Positions 56,343 to 64,000 of a stretch of 64,000 nt of DNA are shown in pieces. Within the stretch, counting starts at the first letter, position 1. Every line of letters begins with the position of its first letter. Source of the DNA: Candidatus Doudnabacteria bacterium (GTDB taxonomy: Bacteria > Patescibacteriota > Doudnabacteria > UBA920); contig JACRDK010000004.1 in NCBI GenBank assembly GCA_016218585.1, forward strand, positions 85,347 to 149,346, in the 5' to 3' direction. The translations under genes and the position numbers were made by a program. The notes under the pieces are model-generated. The model made no database searches and was not told the DNA's origin. It was given only the letters and a program-made list of their open reading frames with translations.

Positions 56343-57551
56343 TTATTGAATTGTCTGGCTAATGCTATATATAGGGGCAATAAGCGCCATTGCCAAAAAT
56401 CCCACCACGCCTCCAATAAACAAAAGCAATAAAGGCTCGATAATTGAAGACAGGTTTTTTAAGGTTACGTCCACCTCTTCTTCATAATGGCCGGCGAGTT
56501 GCTCCAAAATTTCCTGAACAGTGCCGGATTCCTCCCCCACCTGTATCATTTGTACGACTAAGACCGGAAATAAATTTTCATTTTTGCTTAGGGATTCCGT
56601 TAACGGCTTGCCTAATTTAACATCAACAGCGGATTGTTTAACCAAATCTTTATAGGGTATATTGTCCAGGGAGTCGGCAGCCACATCCAAAGCCTGAACA
56701 ATAGGAATGCCGCTTTTAAGCAGCGAGCTCAAAATTCTGGAGAAGCGCGCTAAATTTATTTTCTTGATAATGGTATTTATAACCATAAACCGCAACAGGA
56801 AGTTATCTGCCAAAACCCGGCCGGTGTATGTTCTAAGAAATGCAATAAACGCTATAACAAAACCAATTAAACCTGCAATTACTAAAAACGCGTGAGCACT
56901 CATAAAATCAGCAAACACCATTACCACTTTAGTGGTAATGGGCAAATCGCCGCCAAAATCTTTAAAAACAGAAGTAAGGTTAGGCAAAACAAAAATTGAC
57001 ATCAGTACGCCAATTATTAACATCGCGACTACAATTACAGCGGGATAAATCATTGCTCCCTTAGTTTTGCTTCTAAGATCCGCCTCGCGATGAAGCTGAA
57101 TGCTTAAATATTCAAGGCTCTTGTCCAAGTTACCGGACACCTCCCCTACTTTAATCATGCTGAAAAAAATGTTGGAAAATACATTCGGATATTTTTCCAA
57201 AGCTTCCGAAAGGCCTTTCCCCTGCTCTACCTGATTATAAATATCGGTTAAAATATTTTTAAATTTTACATTTTTGGTTTGCTTAACTTGAATTTGCAAG
57301 CCGCGGCTTATGGAAATTCCGGCTTTGAGCATTACACTCAAATTTTCCACAAAATTAATTTTTTCATCCAAAGAAACGGTGGAAATATTTCTTAAAAAAT
57401 CCACCACAGACTTTTTTTGCTGCTCTTCAATATGCGTAAGCAACAGCCCCTGCTCCTTTAGGATATGTCCGGCAGCGGTAATATTTGGGGCCTGTATGCT
57501 GGATGTTTCCTTCTGCCCCGCTTTAGTTATGGCTGTATAGGTAAATTCCAT
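56343..57551 (-). CDS. pilC: Type IV pilus platform protein (PilC/GspF)
   Basis: GEVSGNL, AMIYP, GEESG, IIEP. Confidence 0.9.
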   Translation of the reverse strand: MEFTYTAITKAGQKETSSIQAPNITAAGHILKEQGLLLTHIEEQQKKSVVDFLRNISTVSLDEKINFVENLSVMLKAGISISRGLQIQVKQTKNVKFKNILTDIYNQVEQGKGLSEALEKYPNVFSNIFFSMIKVGEVSGNLDKSLEYLSIQLHREADLRSKTKGAMIYPAVIVVAMLIIGVLMSIFVLPNLTSVFKDFGGDLPITTKVVMVFADFMSAHAFLVIAGLIGFVIAFIAFLRTYTGRVLADNFLLRFMVINTIIKKINLARFSRILSSLLKSGIPIVQALDVAADSLDNIPYKDLVKQSAVDVKLGKPLTESLSKNENLFPVLVVQMIQVGEESGTVQEILEQLAGHYEEEVDVTLKNLSSIIEPLLLLFIGGVVGFLAMALIAPIYSISQTIQ

Positions 57552-57729
57552 AAAACTACAGAAATACTGATTAAACTAATCTACAGAAAACTACAGAATA
57601 TATAAACATATTTTACTGGTTTTACAAATGGCAAACTTTTTAAATCATTAAGTCTTTAAAAAAGCAAAAAAAGATTTTAAAACACGGCTTCTGTAGGTTT
57701 CCGTAGTGCCCCATTGTAGCTTCTTGATT

Positions 57730-59484
57730 CTATTCTTTGCTTACCCTGACAATTTCTTCAATGGTGGTAATCCCTTTTAGGGCTTTTATAAAACCATCTT
57801 CCCACATAAGCACCATACCTTCTTTTTCTCCCTGCTCCTGAATTTCCTGGGCGCTTTTGTGCGCCATGATCATTTGCGCCACGGTATGGGTAACTTCTAA
57901 AATTTCATGCAAGCCCATTCGGCCTTTATAACCGGTATGGCCGCATTTGTCGCAGCCTTGGCCTTTATAAAACTTTAAATCTTTTAGGGTTTTAGTTTTT
58001 GCCGGAACCTGGCCTTCGCGAATTAAAATTGGCAAAAGCTTATCCATATGAAATTGCTTTGAGAGCGAGTCAATCACCGCATCATCAATTTTCATTTCCG
58101 CTTGGCAGTCTTTACAAATAACGCGCACCAAACGCTGAGCCAATACGGCGTTGACTGTTGAAGCTATTAAATAAGGTTCAACGCCAATATCCAACAAGCG
58201 AGGAAGAGCGGCGGCCGAGCTGTTTGTGTGCAGCGTGCTAAACACTATATGTCCGGTCATGGCCGCGTGAACCGCTTCTTCAGCGGTTTCCCGATCGCGA
58301 ATTTCACCAATCATAATAATGTTTGGGTCTTGGCGCAACAAAGCCCTTAAACCGATGTCAAAAGTTAAACCAATTTTAGGATTAACCTGCATCTGGTTAG
58401 CTCCGACAATGCGATATTCTACCGGATCTTCAATGGTAGAAATGTTTACCGACTTGGTATTTAACATAGACAAAACAGTATACAAAGTGGTGGATTTTCC
58501 GCTTCCGGTAGGGCCGGTGACCAACAACATGCCGTGCGGTTTTTTTATGTTCCGGCTAATGGTATCGAGCGAAGCTTGCTCAAAACCCAATTCTTCCAAA
58601 GTCATGGCTTTAGCAGATTCGTCCAACAAACGTATAACCACCTTTTCTCCGTCAAAAATAGGTATGGTGGAAACGCGCAAAGAAAACTTATAACCGTCTT
58701 TTTCAATTTTAAAGCGGCCATCCTGAGGCAAGCGATGTTCGTCAATTTTCAAATTTGAAAGTACTTTAATGCGCGCCACGATTGCCGCCTGGATTACTTT
58801 AGGCAGCGTCATTACATCGTGCAATACACCGTCAATGCGATAGCGAACCACCACTGAACTTTCCTGCGGTTCAATGTGAATATCTGAAGCTTTTTCAAAA
58901 ACAGCATACTCAAGCAATGTGTCTACCACGCGAATCACGGGAATTTCTTCCGCCATTTTTTTCAACGAATCGTCAGCGCTGCTCTCCCCTTCCGGAGAAG
59001 AAACAAGCGGCTTGCTTTCCGGGGTAAACAAATGTTTGATTTCTTTTTCCAAAGAAGAATGATACTTGGAAAGGCCAAAATCCAAGCTGGTTTTCCCAAT
59101 CAAAAAAGTTTTTATATTTAGTCCGGTTTTCTTTTGAATAAACTCTTTTGTCTGTATGTCTTCCGGGTCTGTCATGGCCAAAGACAAATCGTCCTTGGTT
59201 TTGGCAAAACTAATTACCTGATGCCTATGTGCAATTGGCTCTGGGACCAAATTAAGCACGTCCTGGGCAATTTGCTGGGTAGTTAAATCCAATACAGGCA
59301 CGCCTAACAGGGCGGACTTAATTTGTAAAAGTTTGGCTTCATTAAGAACTTTTTTTTCTACAAGAAAATCTTCCCAAGGCGTCGGCACCTTAAGCTGCAT
59401 TCTTTCTTTTTCCAGTGTTTCTATTTTATCGGCGCTTAAAACTTTGTTTTCTTTTAAGGCCAAATTTAACTGCTGCTTATCCAT
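57730..59484 (-). CDS. pilB: PilB/GspE extension ATPase
   Basis: ASDIHIEP, GPTGSGKST, LRQDP, zinc Cys pairs; start at MDKQQ. Confidence 0.9.
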   Translation of the reverse strand: MDKQQLNLALKENKVLSADKIETLEKERMQLKVPTPWEDFLVEKKVLNEAKLLQIKSALLGVPVLDLTTQQIAQDVLNLVPEPIAHRHQVISFAKTKDDLSLAMTDPEDIQTKEFIQKKTGLNIKTFLIGKTSLDFGLSKYHSSLEKEIKHLFTPESKPLVSSPEGESSADDSLKKMAEEIPVIRVVDTLLEYAVFEKASDIHIEPQESSVVVRYRIDGVLHDVMTLPKVIQAAIVARIKVLSNLKIDEHRLPQDGRFKIEKDGYKFSLRVSTIPIFDGEKVVIRLLDESAKAMTLEELGFEQASLDTISRNIKKPHGMLLVTGPTGSGKSTTLYTVLSMLNTKSVNISTIEDPVEYRIVGANQMQVNPKIGLTFDIGLRALLRQDPNIIMIGEIRDRETAEEAVHAAMTGHIVFSTLHTNSSAAALPRLLDIGVEPYLIASTVNAVLAQRLVRVICKDCQAEMKIDDAVIDSLSKQFHMDKLLPILIREGQVPAKTKTLKDLKFYKGQGCDKCGHTGYKGRMGLHEILEVTHTVAQMIMAHKSAQEIQEQGEKEGMVLMWEDGFIKALKGITTIEEIVRVSKE

Positions 59485-59702
59485 AAATGCGCGTTTAGAA
59501 AGCCACAAAATGCTCTAAAAATTAGATTCTGCGGATTTTTGTAGATAAAAAATTTATTTCTGCAATATTTTGTTTCATTTCTTCTAACTAGACTAAGATA
59601 TTATACCACAAAAGTTCTGAGCAACCAAATTTTGTCAGGGAAAAGGCCATTGCAACTAAAATTTCCAACAATTAACCGCGATTTGATAAATCAAATCGCG
59701 GT

Positions 59703-59798
59703 TTTCTATCTTTCTATCTTTCTATCTTTCTATCTTTCTATCTTTCTATCTTTCTATCTTTCTATCTTTCTATCTTTCTATCTTTCTATCTTTCTATC
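59703..59798. repeat. Perfect tandem repeat (TTTCTATC)12
   Basis: Counted directly; abuts hairpin AACCGCGATTTGAT-AA-ATCAAATCGCGGTT (59674-59703). Confidence 0.95.
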
Positions 59799-59800
59799 TT

Positions 59801-61102
59801 TCATCGTCCTTGCCAGGTAAAAATATAATAAACTGTTTTTAAAATTATTTCCAAATCAAACAAAAAGCTTCGATGCTTTATATAATATAAATCGTACTGA
59901 AGTTTTAACTTGGTTTCTTCCACGCTGCCGGCATATATGTTTAACTGGGCCCAACCGGTGAGTCCCGGCTTAACCAAATGCCGTTCGTCATAAAAAGGAA
60001 TTTTTTGTTTTAATTCTTCCACAATGTGCGGCTGTTCCGGGCGAGGACCAACCAAACTCATAGTGCCTAGCAACAAATTTATAAACTGGGGCCATTCGTC
60101 AATCCGGCTTTTGCGCAAAAACTTCCCCACGCCGGTAATTCTTGGATCATTAACCGAAGTCCAGGTATTAGTAGCTCCCCCGCTCATGGTGCGGTATTTA
60201 TAAACTTTAAAAATTTCCCCTTTCTTGCCAATGCGTTCCTGGATAAACAGCACGGGTCCGCGGCTGGACAGCTTAATTAACAAAGCACAAAAAGGAAAGC
60301 TAATGGCAAAACCCAAAAAACCTACCAGTCCGAAAATCAAATCAACGAGTCTTTTTATTAAATTATAAAATCTCTTTTCCTGATAGTTAATGTTTTCCAG
60401 GAACCAAATTTCATTAATTTGAGAAAGATAAACCCGCCGGAGCAATTGTTCGTAAAAATTCTTATGGTTATAAAATTTTACTCCCAGCGTCCTAAGCTTA
60501 TATAGATTTTCCGAAACTTGAGGATTGGCATGCAAATTATCCGGCAAAATAATATTGGCATTTTTTTCAAATGAACTGAGTTCCAGATTCTTTTCATTTA
60601 CATGGCCCAAAACTTTATAACCCAAATAACCCTGATGCTTAATTTCTGTCTCCAATTCAACCAGCTCGTTGTTAAATGAAAACAAATAAACCCCTTCTAT
60701 AAAACGGCTTTTTAAAAAATATTTAACAAGCAGGTGCCAAACTAAAATTAAAACAAAAGCTACCCCGACATTTATTAACAAAAATCTCCTGGGGGTTAAA
60801 ATTAAGTTCGGCTGCAGGTAAAAATACATTACGGCAATTAAAAAATTAATTACCATAGCCGAGATTAAATTAAAAAACAAACTGGAATAACGGCGGAAGG
60901 AAGGAGTCTCAAATAAACCATGAATAAAAAACACTAAAAGCCAAAAAGCATAAATTATGGTGAACGTATTAAAATACGCCGGGTTTTGCTGGACATCGGA
61001 AATTCTCCCAAAACGCAACAAGGCCGAAATGTATAGGCCGGCATAAAGCAAAATTACATCCGGCACCAGAACTAACCAAAAAATAATAGTTTTTTTATTC
61101 AC
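59801..61102 (-). CDS. Polyprenyl-phosphate glycosylphosphotransferase (WcaJ/WbaP-like)
   Basis: KRLVD, KYRTM, DEWPQ, MSLVGPRPE, KPGLTGWAQ. Confidence 0.92.
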   Translation of the reverse strand: MNKKTIIFWLVLVPDVILLYAGLYISALLRFGRISDVQQNPAYFNTFTIIYAFWLLVFFIHGLFETPSFRRYSSLFFNLISAMVINFLIAVMYFYLQPNLILTPRRFLLINVGVAFVLILVWHLLVKYFLKSRFIEGVYLFSFNNELVELETEIKHQGYLGYKVLGHVNEKNLELSSFEKNANIILPDNLHANPQVSENLYKLRTLGVKFYNHKNFYEQLLRRVYLSQINEIWFLENINYQEKRFYNLIKRLVDLIFGLVGFLGFAISFPFCALLIKLSSRGPVLFIQERIGKKGEIFKVYKYRTMSGGATNTWTSVNDPRITGVGKFLRKSRIDEWPQFINLLLGTMSLVGPRPEQPHIVEELKQKIPFYDERHLVKPGLTGWAQLNIYAGSVEETKLKLQYDLYYIKHRSFLFDLEIILKTVYYIFTWQGR

Positions 61103-61111
61103 GTATGTAAT

Positions 61112-61651
61112 TTAAATTTTTAAATCTTTTAGCTTAGGAAACTCCGCGTCGCGCTTAGCCACAATCGGATTCTGCTCCGGCCAGGCTATGTTTAAATCTG
61201 GGTCATTCCAAACTATTCCTTTTTCAGCCTGAGGATTATATTCCGCAGTAGTTTTATACATAACTTTTGCCGTATCGGAAAGGACAACGAAGCCGTGAGC
61301 AAAGCCATCCGGGACATAAAATGCTTTGCCATCCCCCTCTGCAAGCTCTACCCCCTGCCATTTGCCATAAGTGGGTGAACCAGGCCTTATATCCACGCCT
61401 ACATCCCAAATTTTGCCTTCTATGGCGCGCACCAACTTGCCTTGGCCAAATGGAGCCGTTTGGAAATGCAAGCCCCTCAATACCCCTTTTAAGGAAAAAG
61501 AGAAATTATCTTGAACGAAATCGGGCAAACCAAACTCAGTAAATACGGTTTTTTTATAGCTTTCAATAAAATAGCCCCTATTGTCCGAATAAACATCAGA
61601 CTTAATAAGCAGCAACCCTTGAATTTCAAATTGTTGAGAAGTAGCAGGCAT
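61112..61651 (-). CDS. rfbC: dTDP-4-dehydrorhamnose 3,5-epimerase
   Basis: DNRGYF, GVLRGLHFQ, GFAHGF. Confidence 0.95.
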   Translation of the reverse strand: MPATSQQFEIQGLLLIKSDVYSDNRGYFIESYKKTVFTEFGLPDFVQDNFSFSLKGVLRGLHFQTAPFGQGKLVRAIEGKIWDVGVDIRPGSPTYGKWQGVELAEGDGKAFYVPDGFAHGFVVLSDTAKVMYKTTAEYNPQAEKGIVWNDPDLNIAWPEQNPIVAKRDAEFPKLKDLKI

Positions 61652-61661
61652 TAAATTTGGT

Positions 61662-62417
61662 TTAATTAAATAAAACCCTTATTTCTAATATGGCCTTAGC
61701 CAGCCAGTAGCCCGGATAGCTGGAACGATTATGGGCAATAAGCCTAGCTTGCTTATTTAAAAAAGCCTTAAACCTGGCTTTATTATAATTTGGAAGGCGG
61801 TATAACGTAAAGGCCTCTTGAAAATTATGCATATCCCCCAATTTGCCCATTCTCAGCCATAGGTCGTAATCTTCGGCAAAGTCATCTTCGTCTTTTACAA
61901 AGCCGCCCGCCTCAATAGCCGCCTCTCTGCGAAACATGACAGTGGAAGTAAAAAAGTTATTCCTCAACAACATTGTCCGTCTAATATTTTTGTCTTCCTG
62001 TGGCCTAATTCTTAATTTATAATTCCTAATTCCTAATTTTACTTTTATTCCCCCGCCGCACAGAACCGCTTCTTTATGGCTATCTAAATACGCAACCTGT
62101 TTTTTTAACTTATCTTTATCAATCCACTCATCATCATCGTCCAAATATGCGACATATTCACCTGTCGATGCCAATAAAGCTTCCTGCCTGCTGGCAGTAA
62201 TTCCTATTGATTTCGCATGTGTGATAATTTTTAAATTTTTAAATTTTTCTGCTTTTAAATTCTCCAATATTTCTTTTGTGTTGTCTGTGCTGCCGTCGTC
62301 AACCACGACTATTTCGTAGTCTTTAAAGCTTTGTTGTTCCACGCTCAAAATCGCCTGCCAAAGCTCGGCAGAGCGATTTTTTGTCAAAATGTTTATAGAA
62401 ATTTTTGCGCTGCTCAT
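61662..62417 (-). CDS. GT2 glycosyltransferase
   Basis: [21 protein letters not shown]. Confidence 0.92.
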   Translation of the reverse strand: MSSAKISINILTKNRSAELWQAILSVEQQSFKDYEIVVVDDGSTDNTKEILENLKAEKFKNLKIITHAKSIGITASRQEALLASTGEYVAYLDDDDEWIDKDKLKKQVAYLDSHKEAVLCGGGIKVKLGIRNYKLRIRPQEDKNIRRTMLLRNNFFTSTVMFRREAAIEAGGFVKDEDDFAEDYDLWLRMGKLGDMHNFQEAFTLYRLPNYNKARFKAFLNKQARLIAHNRSSYPGYWLAKAILEIRVLFN

Positions 62418-63379
62418 GACTTCATTTTAACTATTCCTTCAAAATAAGCAATAGTCTTAGCAAGGCCGTCATGCAGTTGGATCTTTGGACTCCACCCCAG
62501 ATTATTTTGAGCCAATGCTATGTTAGGCCGCCGTTGCTTAGGGTCATCTTTTGGCAAATCTTTAAAAATAATTTTGCTTTTGGAACCAGTTAACTTAATT
62601 ACCAGATTAGCTAACTGTAAAATTGTAAACTCTTTAGGGTTTCCTAAATTAACCGGTCCATAAAAATTCGACTTGCCCATAACTTTAACTATTCCTGAAA
62701 TTAAATCATCTACATACTGAAAGCTTCTGGTCTGCTGACCTTTACCATAAATAGTAATTGGTTTACCTTGCAAGGCTTGAACTATAAAATTAGAGACAAC
62801 ACGCCCGTCATCCGGGTCCATATTTGGGCCGTAGGTGTTAAAAATTCTAATAATCTTTGCCTCGACTCCATACATTCTTCGAAAATCGGAACATAGTGTC
62901 TCCCCTGCCCTTTTACTTTCGTCATAGCAACTACGAATTCCAATAGTATTAACGTTACCCCAATAGCTTTCAGTTTGAGGGTGCACCAATGGATCGCCGT
63001 AAATTTCCGAGGTTGAAGCAAACAAAAATTTTGCCTGATTTTTTCTAGCCAGTTCCAATAAGTTCCAACACCCCCAAACGTTAGCCTGAAAAGTTGCAAG
63101 CGGATTTTTTTGATAATGCGGAGGGGAAGCCGGGGAAGCTAAGTGATAAATTTCACTAACTTTTAAATTTAATGGCTTTACTACATCATGAACTTTAAAA
63201 ATAAACCTTGGATTCTTTAAAAAAGGTTTAATATTAATTTTTCGTCCGGTATGCAAATTATCAACGCACACTACATTGTGCCCTGCTTCTAAAAGCGCTG
63301 AGCATAAATGGGAACCTAAAAATCCTGCTCCGCCGGCAACTAAAACTGTTTTTTTAATTTTTGACTTTTTTAGGATCAT
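62414..63379 (-). CDS. UDP-glucuronate decarboxylase (UDP-xylose synthase)
   Basis: [31 protein letters not shown]. Confidence 0.92.
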   Translation of the reverse strand: MILKKSKIKKTVLVAGGAGFLGSHLCSALLEAGHNVVCVDNLHTGRKINIKPFLKNPRFIFKVHDVVKPLNLKVSEIYHLASPASPPHYQKNPLATFQANVWGCWNLLELARKNQAKFLFASTSEIYGDPLVHPQTESYWGNVNTIGIRSCYDESKRAGETLCSDFRRMYGVEAKIIRIFNTYGPNMDPDDGRVVSNFIVQALQGKPITIYGKGQQTRSFQYVDDLISGIVKVMGKSNFYGPVNLGNPKEFTILQLANLVIKLTGSKSKIIFKDLPKDDPKQRRPNIALAQNNLGWSPKIQLHDGLAKTIAYFEGIVKMKS

Positions 63380-64000
63380 TTGGATTCTTATGCTTATTAC
63401 GTAAAAAATATTCCTCACTTAGTCCGCTCTTTTTTAATAGCTTTCTATTTACTTCTCTCATTGCCTTTAAAAGCGGCATTTTGACTTTCTTTTTTTCGGC
63501 AAACTCCAATATGGCATTAACATCTTTTGGAAAACAGGAACCGCCATAGCCGCGATAGCCTCCATGTGCCACATCTAAATGAGACGGGCTAATGCGCTTA
63601 TCTTCGCCAACTGCCAGCCTTACCTCTTCATAATTTAAACCCAGACCCCGACAAAGCTCAAAAAATTCATTGGCAAAAACCACCTTTAAGGACAAGAAGG
63701 TATTAGCCATATACTTCACTGTCTCGGCTTCGGTTGCAGGCATTGTTTCTGAATAGGAAGATTTTGGCAGAAGTTTTAAAACATCTACGGCAACGGTTTT
63801 GCTCTTGGATGTATAACCAACAATTTGCCTGTCCGGGTGAATAAAATCCTGATAAGCAGAAACTTCTTTTAAAAATTCTGGATTAAACAAAAATTTATGC
63901 TTAGGGTATTTTTTTTGCAAATTTTCGGTTGTACCAGGAACAACCGAAGACTTAATAACAATGGTTTTGGAATTTTCCAGAACCTGGATTGCGGCTTCCA
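63354..64000 (-). CDS. UDP-glucose 6-dehydrogenase family, 5' end outside the window
   Basis: [24 protein letters not shown]. Confidence 0.88.
   Translation of the reverse strand, partial: EAAIQVLENSKTIVIKSSVVPGTTENLQKKYPKHKFLFNPEFLKEVSAYQDFIHPDRQIVGYTSKSKTVAVDVLKLLPKSSYSETMPATEAETVKYMANTFLSLKVVFANEFFELCRGLGLNYEEVRLAVGEDKRISPSHLDVAHGGYRGYGGSCFPKDVNAILEFAEKKKVKMPLLKAMREVNRKLLKKSGLSEEYFLRNKHKNPNDPKKVKN

Noticed and set aside
59632-59820. 62-aa ORF with LSIFLSFY repeats
   Set aside because: Translation of the octamer repeat.

Overview
AT-rich bacterial chromosomal segment using the standard code (TGA ends several genes). Gene content suggests a Patescibacteria/CPR genome (inference): type IV pilus pilBCMNO, CxxC-x17-CxxC, Gmad2 and DUF5666 proteins, and mostly SD-less starts. 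It carries housekeeping and stress genes (rluB-like, typA, holA, msrA/msrB, zwf/gnd, Pif1 helicase), a MarR-MFS efflux operon, an Nramp/MgtE-N pair, a CsoR-CopA-CopZ copper operon, a bacillithiol-like bshC-bshB1-bshA operon, a low-GC type II R-M pair, three intact tRNAs and the end of a polysaccharide cluster. The unusual content is mostly non-coding. (1) An intact tRNA-Arg(UCG) is nested in the D-loop of a second tRNA-shaped scaffold carrying palindromic inserts. (2) Short palindromes and MITEs sit inside tRNA remnants, start codons and reading frames, some with the pre-insertion sequence still reconstructable. (3) A GxxExxY nuclease gene is bracketed by inverted periodic repeats, and gene-less copies of that architecture occur at several gene junctions. 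(4) bshA has an in-frame TGA at its conserved N-terminal Cys. All family calls are from motif recognition by eye; no searches were run.
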